Source of the DNA: an uncultured delta proteobacterium
Lineage (GTDB): Bacteria; Desulfobacterota; Binatia; UBA9968
Assembly: GCA_963840855.1 (NCBI GenBank)
Contig: CAWJBB010000040.1
Span: 263,707-327,706 of the forward strand
Length of the DNA stretch: 64,000 nucleotides
Reading direction: 5' to 3'
Shown: positions 27,885 to 36,684 of the stretch, in pieces
Layout of the letters: each line of letters begins with the position of its first letter
Position numbering within the stretch: the stretch's first letter is position 1
Position numbers and translations under genes: made by a program
Notes under the pieces: model-generated
The model's input: only the letters and a program-made list of their open reading frames with translations
The model's database searches: none
Told to the model about the DNA's origin: nothing

Positions 27885-27900
27885 AGCAAGAACCGTGCCC
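27885..27900 (-). promoter_or_regulatory. sigma-54 (-24/-12) promoter upstream of the ferredoxin-like gene
   Basis: The minus strand reads GGGCACGGTTCTTGCT, which fits GGCACG-N4-TTGCT exactly. The GC lies about 41 nt upstream of the 27845 ATG. Confidence 0.5.
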
Positions 27901-28073
27901 GACGCTATTGCGGATTGAAATTATCAGGCCTCAAACAGCAACAGGTCTTTTTTCACGCGACGGGTGTCGCCGTTTGAATTTTATGACATCGTTTTTGTCG
28001 AGCAGGTCAGGGATTTCTGGAAGGGCCGCTTCGTATAGATCCACGGGCTCCCGTGCGGGCGTCAGGCGTTGAA

Positions 28074-28527
28074 CTACGCGGCTTTGTGCGACGAGCCACT
28101 TTGCGACGACTGCGCGCCGATGACCGACGCGCAGAAATTTAACGATCCGCGGAGCTTTTCCGCCTCGTCACTGGCGATCGCAGCCAGATCCGACATTGAG
28201 ACAATTCCGAGCAGCTTTCCGCCCTGCGCAACCGGCAACCGTTTGATCCTTCTCGCGCGCATGACATCGGCCGCGGTCACGTGGTCCTCCTCAGGCCGCA
28301 AGACCATCACCGGCCGGCTCATGTGCGCCGAGACTTTGCAATAATAAGGATCATGCGCCCGGGCCAAGCAAACGAGTAAATCCCGGTCGGATGCCTTTCA
28401 CCGACCCCGCCCACGGTCACCACCAGACAGCTCACGTATTTCTCACGCATCCGCGCGCCGCAACTGCGATGGTCTCATCAGGCGCCGCCTGGATTACCTC
28501 GCCAACCATGATCTCGTGAAGCTTCAT
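28074..28527 (-). pseudogene. CBS-domain pair protein with at least 3 frame breaks
   Basis: MKLHEIMVGEVIQAAPDETIAVAAR / MREKYVSCLVVTVGG / SVKGI / SDRDLLVCLARAHDPYYCKVSAHMSRPVMVLRPEEDHVTAADVM... read in alternating frames between 28380 and 28470. Confidence 0.6.
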
Positions 28528-28639
28528 GCCGCTACTTCCTTGTTTTGTACTTTGTCGGCGAATATCTGGGAACCGGCGCTAGCAGTGATAATTGCCCGCC
28601 GCTTCCGGCTGATATACGATCTTCTGACTCTCAACCCCT

Positions 28640-28813
28640 TCAACCCTGTCGGCACTTTCCACTCCACAGTATCGCCGACTCGATATCAAAAAACCGGGTT
28701 TTCCCAATCCCCAGGATCTGCTGGATGTAGGATCTTTCGATTTCGTTATTCAGATAACGCTGGAGCATCTCTTTGACCTGACCGTCGGTAAACTTTTTAT
28801 GCAACTGAGCCAT
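28640..28813 (-). mobile_element. N-terminal remnant of an IS transposase (HTH part only)
   Basis: MAQLHKKFTDGQVKEMLQRYLNNEIERSYIQQILGIGKTRFF resembles the N-terminal HTH of IS transposases as I recall them. The catalytic part is absent and no inverted repeats were seen. Confidence 0.4.
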
Positions 28814-28981
28814 AACCAGAACCTCCGTTTTTGGCTCTAATTCTGGCTTGCAAAGGAGTTCACTTTTGATTCTTAAATGACACACCGCTTGTACCGGAAA
28901 AAAAGTTAGCGGAACTGGATATTCCCGCAATTCTGGATCTCACGTCTAGGCTCTCAAGTTAATCGAAACTCGAAAACCGTT

Positions 28982-29519
28982 ATGCGAAACCGCGCCGCTC
29001 ACCCGAAAATTTCCGCCGGCAATAAAAGTACAAGCCGCCATGAGTCGATGCGCTCGCTGAAACTACCTCAGCAAAGAAATACTGGCGGAGCTATTTGCTT
29101 GAACGATTTTTCCTGCACTGCAGCTCGATCTGGCGCAGGTCTCGTAAATGAGCAGCGCCGGACGCACCGGTTGGCGGCGTATTCGCCGCTGCGAGACATC
29201 GAGTTTGAATTTGCGCCCCGCCGCGCAGGACACGAACGCGAACATAGGAGCGGAGCGACTCGATGATATATTGATCAACGTGATGGAAGGAATGGCCGGA
29301 ATGGGCGTGAAGCACATCAGCATTGCCACTCGTGTGGCGTCAGGCCAGGTGGAAATTCGACTTTCAAGCCGGGAACGGATGGATCCGACTGCGTTCGGCA
29401 AGCGCCGGCTCGATCTCTACAATAGAACCCTCGGGTGGCTCGGCGACAGCCTCGAATGCAACCAAGATAATCTCGGCGCTGAATTCGTCATGAGACTGCC
29501 GGCGCTCCAGTCAATTTAA
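28982..29519 (+). pseudogene. possible decayed histidine-kinase C-terminal fragment
   Basis: ERLDDILINVMEGMAGMGVKHISIATRVASGQVEIRLS...GAEFVMRLPA resembles an HATPase_c core, but the G boxes are lost. Confidence 0.3.
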
Positions 29520-29529
29520 TTGGCCGCGC

Positions 29530-30765
29530 ATGAGCGACGATAGAATTCGGCCCATCATTTTTTTGATCCTTCTCTTGATTCTCCCCGAGAGACTCCTTGC
29601 TCAAGACATCGTGATCGGCATGTCCGCCGCGTTTAGCGGACCCTCAAAAGGCCTCGGCGTCGAGCTTTACCGGGGTTCGACGGCCTACCTCGATCATGTC
29701 AATCGAACGGGAGGGATTTACGGGCAGAGGATCGGGATCAAGGCCTACGATGATGGTTATAACCCCATCCCTGCCATTCGAAACACCATAAAACTCATTG
29801 AGCAGGACAACGCATTTTTGCTTTTCAACTATGTCGGGACTCCGACGGTGACGAGGATACTGCCCCTCCTAAAGAGCTACAAAGGGAGGTTCGTCTATCT
29901 CTTTACTCCGTTTACCGGAGCCGAGCCCCTCAGGCAGCCTCCTTACGGCGAATATGTTTTTAATCTGCGGGCTTCGTACAGTGATGAAACCGAGGGGTTG
30001 GTCGATCACTTTGTCTCCGCCGGCAAAAGCAGGCTCGCGGTTTTCTATCAAGCCGATGCCTATGGAAGAAGCGGATGGGACGGAGTCAAAAAAGCTCTGG
30101 CGAAAAATTATGGTCTAAAAATGGTCGGCGAGGCGACCTATCGGAGAGGGGCTGAATACTCTCAGAGTTTCAAGGAGCAAGTCGACATCATCAGGAAAAC
30201 GTCCGCGGATGTTGTTATATCTATCGGGGCTTACGCGGTCTGCGCCGCGTTTATCAGAGACGCTCGGATCGCGGGGCTCAATATTCCGATCGCCAATCTC
30301 TCTTTTGTCGGCAGTGAGAGCATGGCTGAGCTATTGCTTCAAAGTAGTCGGACCGCGGACAAGGACTATAAGAAAGATCTCATCAATTCGCAGGTGGTGC
30401 CTAGCTATCAGGATACCGCTCTGCCGGCGGTGCGGGAATATCGGCAGCTGATGGAAAAATTCCAGCCACTCCCGCCTCGGGATCTTACCGAAGTGGGATA
30501 TGCACCGCTGCCCCACAGCTATGTCGGTTTCGAGGGTTTTCTTAACGCAAAACTTCTCGTTGAAGTCCTAAAACGAATGGGCCCAGGTCCAACAAAAAGC
30601 CGCATTAAAGAAACCGTCGAAAGCATCAAAAGTGCCGATTTGGGAATCGATGCGTCGGTCACTTTCGGACCGCATAAGCATCAGGGGTTGGACAAGGTCT
30701 ATTACACCACAATGCAAGGGGACCGGTTTGTTCCGCTGTCGGATTGGCGGGGGTCGGAGAAATGA
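29530..30765 (+). CDS. periplasmic substrate-binding protein, LivK/type-1 PBP family
   Basis: Signal peptide, then IVIGMSAAFSGPSKGLG and a YGQRIGIKAYDDGYNP pattern. The stop overlaps the next start (ATGA at 30762-30765). Confidence 0.85.
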   Translation: MSDDRIRPIIFLILLLILPERLLAQDIVIGMSAAFSGPSKGLGVELYRGSTAYLDHVNRTGGIYGQRIGIKAYDDGYNPIPAIRNTIKLIEQDNAFLLFNYVGTPTVTRILPLLKSYKGRFVYLFTPFTGAEPLRQPPYGEYVFNLRASYSDETEGLVDHFVSAGKSRLAVFYQADAYGRSGWDGVKKALAKNYGLKMVGEATYRRGAEYSQSFKEQVDIIRKTSADVVISIGAYAVCAAFIRDARIAGLNIPIANLSFVGSESMAELLLQSSRTADKDYKKDLINSQVVPSYQDTALPAVREYRQLMEKFQPLPPRDLTEVGYAPLPHSYVGFEGFLNAKLLVEVLKRMGPGPTKSRIKETVESIKSADLGIDASVTFGPHKHQGLDKVYYTTMQGDRFVPLSDWRGSEK

Positions 30766-32298
30766 CCCGGGCAAGTCTCTTTACCAAAACCCTTGTGCTC
30801 ATCGTTGTTTTGTTCGGCATTATTGCAAGCGCCACCTCGATTCTCTCGGGCTGGAACCTCTACCGTAATCTTACCCAAGAGTATCAAAGCAAAGGTGTGG
30901 CAATCGCAAAGAGCATCGCCGATTCGAGCGTGGAAATGTTGTTGAATGCGGATGTGTCCACGATCCAGTCTGTGGTGGACCAGTTCACCGAGATCGAGGG
31001 AGTTTCCTATGTAATCGTCTTCGACGGCCAAGGCGAGGCCATTTCTCACACCTTTGTTCCCAACGTGCCTGGGGATGTGCTGGAGCTACAGAGGCAAACC
31101 CGAACTCAAGTCTTTAACGGCGGAGCCCGTACGAACAACTTGCGCGTTGAAGGAATGGGAGACTTCCTGGACATCGACCTTCCCGATTCTGGCTGGCGTC
31201 GCGGGATACGTGCATGTGGGCATGGATAGGTCGTTGATCCGATCGCGCATTTGGTCCGCTGTAGCGACGCAGCAAGCGGTTATGTTCATCATTTTTTTAT
31301 TGAGCGTGTTGGTCGCTTATGCTTTGGTGAACCGGATCTCTCGACCGCTCAAACAACTCGCGGCCCACGCCGGGAAGCTGGCGACGCAGGACTTTTCCAA
31401 ACCGGAGACTGGACCGTCGGACATCGGTCACTTGCCCGCCAATTCTCGCGACGAAGTAGGGGAGCTGGCGAAATCTTTCATCAATATGGAGTGCTCGCTG
31501 AGGCAGTCCGTCAAGGAACTCAAGGAGACAACGGCGGTCAGAGAACGGATTGAAAGCGAGCTGAAAATTGCCCGCGACATCCAGATGAGCATGGTGCCGA
31601 AGCTATTTCCTCCGTTTCCGCTCAGGCCCGAGTTTGACCTTCATGCGACGCTGGTTCCGGCACGGGAAGTGGGGGGAGACTTTTATGATTTCTTTTTCAT
31701 CGATGACAGCCACCTCTGTTTCGCCATCGGCGATGTATCTGGTAAAGGGATTCCCGCAGCTTTATTTATGGCCGTGACCAGGACCCTTTTTAGGACTACT
31801 GCCGGCAAAGTGAGCCGGCCGGATGAAATTTTATCTTTGTTGAATCGCGAGCTGTGTCGGGACAATGATTCATGCATGTTCGTGACCGTTTTTTGCGCCG
31901 TTTTGGATACTCGCACAGGAGAGGTGGAATACAGCAATGGCGGCCACAATCTTCCTTACTTTATCAGCCGTGATGAGACCAAGCTTTTGAAGAATACCGG
32001 CGGGATGGCGCTGGGTATTAAGGAAGACGCGACCTTCCGGTCGGAGAAACTGCAGCTTAAGGGCGGGGATCGACTTTTTCTTTACACAGACGGTGTAACC
32101 GAAGCGATGGATGAGGACGGGAATCAATATTCCGAACCTCGTTTGGAGGATTTTTTACATCAAGCCAACGGTTCTTCCGTATCCGAGATCATCCACGGCG
32201 CAGTCGAGAATGTAAGGAGCCATTCTGCCGGCATTCCCCAGTCGGACGACATTACCGTCTTGGCCTTGAAATTCTTGCTGAGAGCGGCGCAGTCATGA
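30762..32298 (+). CDS. membrane sensor PP2C phosphatase (TM, extracytoplasmic domain, HAMP, SpoIIE/RsbU-type PP2C), frame-broken at about 31182
   Basis: ORFs 30744-31229 and 31054-32298 join as ...GDFLDIDLP/ILAGVAGYVHVGMDRS across a CCC run. HAMP is NRISRPLKQLAAHAGKLATQDFS. PP2C is GGDFYDFFFIDDSHLCFAIGDVSGKGIPAALFMA. Confidence 0.8.
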
Positions 32299-32721
32299 GT
32301 GAAGTCATCGCGGTGGAGCTTAAAAACCAGCTCTTCGAGATTGAGCGGCTCGCGCGCATAGTCGACGATTTCGGGCGACGCCATCAAATCGCGGCGCAAA
32401 TCATCTACAACATGAAACTCGCCTTGGACGAGATTCTGACCAACGTTATCTCCTATGGCTACGACGATGCCGGGGAGCATCAGATTACCGCCCGCTTCTC
32501 CCTGGAACAGGGAAAATGGACCGCTGAAGTGGAGGACGGCGGGAGGCCTTTCAATCCTTTAACGTCCCCTGAGGCGAACACGCAACAATCACTCGGGAGC
32601 GCGTCCGATCGGCGGTTTGGGAATTCATCTCGTGCGCAAGTTGATCGATGAATTGGAATATCGCAGGCAGAACGACAAAAACCGCCTGGTTATGAGAATG
32701 AAATCTGAAAGGACCTTAACC
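32295..32721 (+). CDS. RsbW/SpoIIAB-like anti-sigma-type serine kinase (HATPase_c_2), frame-broken at about 32598
   Basis: LALDEILTNVISYGY N box in frame 0, then RPIGGLGIHLVRKLIDELEYRR G box in frame 1. ATGA overlap with the PP2C stop. No stop codon before the STAS start. Confidence 0.7.
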
Positions 32722-33058
32722 ATGAACATTCACGAAGAGAGAAACGACGGTGTGCTTATTATCGGTCTGGAAGGACGGCTTGACGCCACCAGCTCGAAGA
32801 TGTTTGAGGAAAAAACTCTCGCGACGATCGATGCGGGAGAGACACGGCTTGTTATTGATCTCTCCCAGCTCGACTATGTCAGCAGCGCGGGGCTCAGGGT
32901 CTTTCTCCTCGCGTCCAAACGATTGAATCCGGCAGGGGGTCAAGCTTGTGCTTTGCTCCTTGCAGGAACCCGTCAAGGAAGTCTTTGAAATCGTCGGCTT
33001 TTTCTCCGTTCTTTCGATACTTGGTTCCAAAGATGAGGCGTTGAAAAGCTTTCGGTAG
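32722..33058 (+). CDS. STAS-domain anti-sigma-factor antagonist (RsbV/SpoIIAA-like), frame-broken at about 32935-32941
   Basis: LIIGLEGRLDATSS...IDLSQLDYVSSAGLRVFLLASKRL, then after a GGGGG run KLVLCSLQEPVKEVFEIVGFFSVLSILGSKDEALKSFR and stop at 33056. Confidence 0.75.
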
Positions 33059-33107
33059 CTCGGCTCTTTCTTTAACTACCGTGTTCGCAGTGAAAGACAT
33101 ACGACGG

Positions 33108-34422
33108 CTATCGGAACTCGAACTCTTCGGTGATAATCCGATCGGACGGTATACCGAGCGCCCGGAACTGCCGGGCAAGATCCGAAACGAAGTTTAGTTG
33201 GCCGCACAGCATGACCGCGTAGTTATCCAAGGGCGCGATCTCCGCGGCAATTGCAGCGGCGGTGATTCTTCCCTGGCGCGCCGTTGCCCACAATACGTAG
33301 TCAACGTAGGACTCCGCATTCAAATAACTCTGGCTAATTTCCGAATCGTAAACTGCGTCGGCATTGTCGCGGACAACGTAGTAAAGCCAGATCCTCCGGA
33401 AATCCCGATTACTAAGTTCAAAAGCGAGCATGCCGAGAAATGGCGTGATGCCGACGCCTGCGCCGATGCAGACAAGGCGACGGAAACGAGCGAAGCGGTG
33501 CGGGGTGAAGCCACCGAACGGACCATAAACTTCCACTTGCTTGCCGGTTCGAGCGAGACGAGACGGCGTGTAAAATCTCCGATCATTCGGATCGACAAGC
33601 GCAGATCCCGATCAACCGGAGAAGAGGTGAGGGAAAATGGATGAAGTTCTTTCTCCGCCCCTTCCAAATCCGGCACGCGCAGGAAGACAAAAGTCCCGGG
33701 TTCGTACATCATGCGCCGGTCGACCGGACGCATCACAAGTTCAACGATATTGCTCCCCCGTGAAGCGACCGTTTCGATACGGTAATAATAGCGTGGCCCG
33801 AGTCGGTCGAACAGCAGCACGCGATAGAGCCACGCGGCTCCACCGGCCAGTATGAGAATCACTATCCACGTCCTCAACGGCTCGAAATCCGCTATCGTTC
33901 CAGGTTCCATGGCCGCATGCGCAGTGCCGGCGAGAAAGAGCGGGCCGAGAAACCGATGGATAAACAGCCAGCGCTCGTAGCTCATACGGTGATCGTAGGC
34001 AAGGCCTCCTAGCAGTAAGAGCAAATAGAAAGCGAGAATATCGATCGAACGTGCCGACTGCGACCAAAAAGGGATGAACAGATTACCGATGGAAGTACCA
34101 TACTAAGTTGTGCAAGAGCCAAAAAAATTACATGGACGACGAGCAGAACGATCGCTGATGGCCCGACGATTCTGTGGAAACGTACGGCCCGATCGAGACC
34201 GCCAAAAACCGGCTCGAAGGCGTGGGCGCGCACAACTGCGATCATGGCGATCGCCATTAAAGTTACCGACCAGAGAATGGTAAGCTGTGAAAGCGCACGC
34301 CAGGGCAGATAGTCAGGCGGCATCGGACCGGGGAATCGGGCAGCAGCCCAAAGAACAGTCGTGATTGTCATACACCCAACGGTCACAATCCAACTCAGTT
34401 GATGGGTGGGAAAGATTCTCAT
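33108..34422 (-). pseudogene. NOX/ferric-reductase-family flavocytochrome (TM bis-haem domain, FAD and NAD(P)H domains), 2 frame breaks
   Basis: H-x13-H (HRIVGPSAIVLLVVH) and H-x12-H (HRFLGPLFLAGTAH), an HPFS FAD motif and a GAGVGITPF NAD(P)H motif. Three ORF pieces join at about 34070-34095 and about 33545. Confidence 0.7.
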
Positions 34423-34608
34423 AAAGCTAAGCTGCCGGTTCGAGAATTGATGGCATTCAATCAGTTGGATGAGCGCCAGAGTTCACGCACCAATTTCGGA
34501 TTTTGATGAACTGACGCAGCAAAAGCTCGGGGCGGTTGAAACAACGACTGCGGCGGCTCCGAGCGACGAAATCAGGCCAACTGAGTAGACCGTATCTAGG
34601 TGCCGAGA

Positions 34609-35184
34609 CTAACTTGCTATCGAGCCCCGGATCGGCGACACCGGCTCGTGAATTTGGCGCACCAGAAAGTCTGACACAGGCGCCCCGGCGCGCAGTCGGG
34701 CAAGCCAGTCGTCGGGATCGTACTCGACGCCGACGGGATTTACGCTGAAGTTACCGTTGATGAATGCGTTGGCATCTTCATTCGAACTGAAACTATCAAC
34801 CTGAAACTCCATCTGATTGCCATCGGGGTCTCTGTAGTACATCGAAACCGTGATACCGTGATGGATACACCAGTAAGGACTGATTCCTTTCGCTTTGAGT
34901 TGCGCATATTTCTCGAAGAGGTCATTCAAAGACGCATAGGTATACGCAACGTGGTCGACACCGATCATTCCCTGACGATCAGTCTCGGCGCCGTCAGGCT
35001 GGAGAATCGACAGATTGGCAAACGCAAATCGGTGGTGTTCGTCATCATAGGTCAGAAAAGCCAGCGCTGGGTTCTGGTACTGGATCTCGGCGTCGAAAAC
35101 GGTTTTATACCAGCTCAACATCTGCTCGAAACGGCGGCTGCGGTAAAGAACATGCGCAAACTTTGTCGGGCGAATGGACGACAT
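34609..35184 (-). CDS. VOC (glyoxalase/extradiol dioxygenase) family protein
   Basis: FAHVLYRS...VDHVAYTY...MYYRDPDGNQMEF beta-alpha-beta-beta-beta modules. The ATG at 35184 is preferred. Confidence 0.75.
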   Translation of the reverse strand: MSSIRPTKFAHVLYRSRRFEQMLSWYKTVFDAEIQYQNPALAFLTYDDEHHRFAFANLSILQPDGAETDRQGMIGVDHVAYTYASLNDLFEKYAQLKAKGISPYWCIHHGITVSMYYRDPDGNQMEFQVDSFSSNEDANAFINGNFSVNPVGVEYDPDDWLARLRAGAPVSDFLVRQIHEPVSPIRGSIAS

Positions 35185-35313
35185 GATTTCCCCTTTCGAA
35201 TCGCGACCTGGAATTGCCATCTGGCGAATTTAGCAAAAAATCTTTCGGGTCGATAGTGCCCAACTATATCACCCCCTTTCATATTACAAGGGGAGACGAG
35301 GGGATCGGCTACG

Positions 35314-36195
35314 ATGATTGAGCGAAGAAATCACTCACATTGCTCCACGGATTGCGTCAAGCGTTTTCCGCGCCAGAGGGCGGCGCGCCTGTGTGATCTC
35401 TACGGAGTGGACACCATCAGCACCGGCGGCACCTTGGCCTGGGCAATGGAATGCAGCGAACACGGACTGTTGCCCGAAGCTCGAGAGCTTGGCTTGCGCT
35501 TTGGCCAAGCGGATGCTCTTCTCGCTGCGATTCCGGCCATCGCCGAGCGTAGAGGCGTCGGCGCGCTATTGGCCGAAGGCTCAAAGCGCGCTGCCTGCGA
35601 GATTGGCGGAGAGAGTTTGTATTGGGCGATGCACGTAAAGGGACTCGAGCTTCCAGGATATGAGCCGCGCAGCTTGAAGACGATGGCTCTCGGCTTGGCC
35701 GTGAGTCCGCGCGGCGCCTGCCATAACCGCTCCGGCGCGTACGAGGCTGACTTCTCGGGCGAAGTCGATAGGCTGCGCGCTGACTCAGGGAGAGGGGCTC
35801 TGGTTGCAGCCTCGGAAGATTTCGCCGCGGTGCTCGATTCACTGATAGTCTGTAAATTCCTGCGCAAGTGTTTCACGGACTTTTACGGCGAGGCCGCCGA
35901 ACTGCTCAATCGGGTCACCGGATGGAACTGCTCGGGCGCCGAATTGCGGCGCGCCGGCGAGCGAATCCATTCGCTCAAGAAACTTTTCAACATGCGTGAA
36001 GGTTGGCGGCCTGAAGACGACTGGCTGCCGCAACGCTTGTTGAGCGAAACTCTCCCGACTGGCGTGGCCCAGGGTGTCGGCTTAACCGCCAAAGAACTTC
36101 GGGAGATGATCCTGGGATATTATCGGGCAAGGGGATGGGACGAAAACGGATCTATTCCCGATCACAAGTTGGGGGAGCTAGGGATTCAAACATGA
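35314..36195 (+). pseudogene. 5'-truncated aor fragment (last 270 or so codons), direct repeat copy B
   Basis: From about 35380 it is colinear with aor 10560-11375. The protein is identical except ES to DH near the C-terminus. The upstream 22 codons are unrelated. Confidence 0.85.
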
Positions 36196-36256
36196 AGAGT
36201 TTCTGGTTTCTGGTTGATTCGAAATTAGCAACCAGAAACTGGGAACTAGAAACTCT
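36196..36256. repeat. GAAC-periodic hairpin repeat downstream of the aor fragment
   Basis: agagtttc...gaaactct outer stem and gtttctggttg/caaccagaaac inner stem around the palindromic loop attcgaaattag. Confidence 0.5.
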
Positions 36257-36265
36257 GGAGGAATC

Positions 36266-36446
36266 ATGCCAACCGATGAGACACGCCGCGTGTTGAAAGT
36301 GTTCGGCGTTGCGGTGACCGCCTTATGAAGACGCGGTGGACAAAGGGGCGCCACCCGAGGAAGCGCGAAAAGCCGAGGCGGAAGTCCGCGCCCGCCTCGA
36401 AGAGGTGACCGGCCTGATCGAGCGGCTGCGCGCCAAAAAGCAATAA
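36266..36446 (+). pseudogene. second copy of the aor-linked small ORF, interrupted by a 1-nt insertion
   Basis: Identical start MPTDETRRVLKVFGVAVTA. An extra c at about 36317-36322 creates a TGA at 36326. The rest reads in the next frame to a TAA at 36444. Confidence 0.6.
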
Positions 36447-36514
36447 CGCGCCCCTTTTAATCAGTACACACCAGAGGCGTATCTGGAACGTAATTTTCGC
36501 TCCATTTTTTCCCC

Positions 36515-36542
36515 TTGACAAACATTTCCCCAGCGATAGTAT
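36515..36542 (+). promoter_or_regulatory. putative sigma-70 promoter of the fdh operon
   Basis: TTGACA, 16 nt spacer, TAGTAT, about 140 nt upstream of the fdnG start. Confidence 0.35.
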
Positions 36543-36684
36543 CTCGCCGAAGCATTATTGCGCGGTCTTAAGCCGTAAGCCGGCGAAGAAAAATTCAATA
36601 GCTCATCCACTGTGAAATCATGTTGCTTGCCAATGTCTTCTTTTTTTCAGTCCACGACCCCGCCTCTGAAAAAGGAGTCAAAAC

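Larger units (their letters stand above)
35380..36446 (+). repeat. direct repeat copy B (aor 3' end, structured spacer, small ORF)
   Basis: See copy A at 10560-11640. The offset is about 24.8 kb in the same orientation. Confidence 0.85.

Noticed and set aside
32617-32988. Calling the ORF-track entry 32617-32988 a single novel gene.
   Set aside because: Its first part is the G-box end of the RsbW-like kinase and its second part is the STAS antagonist. It is better explained as two adjacent genes, possibly fused or affected by an indel.
11643-35379. Search for an integrase, recombinase, conjugation or phage gene that would explain the repeat-bracketed segment.
   Set aside because: None was found by eye in any frame; only the transposase stub at 28640-28813. 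The mobile-island interpretation therefore stays an inference from the repeat structure.
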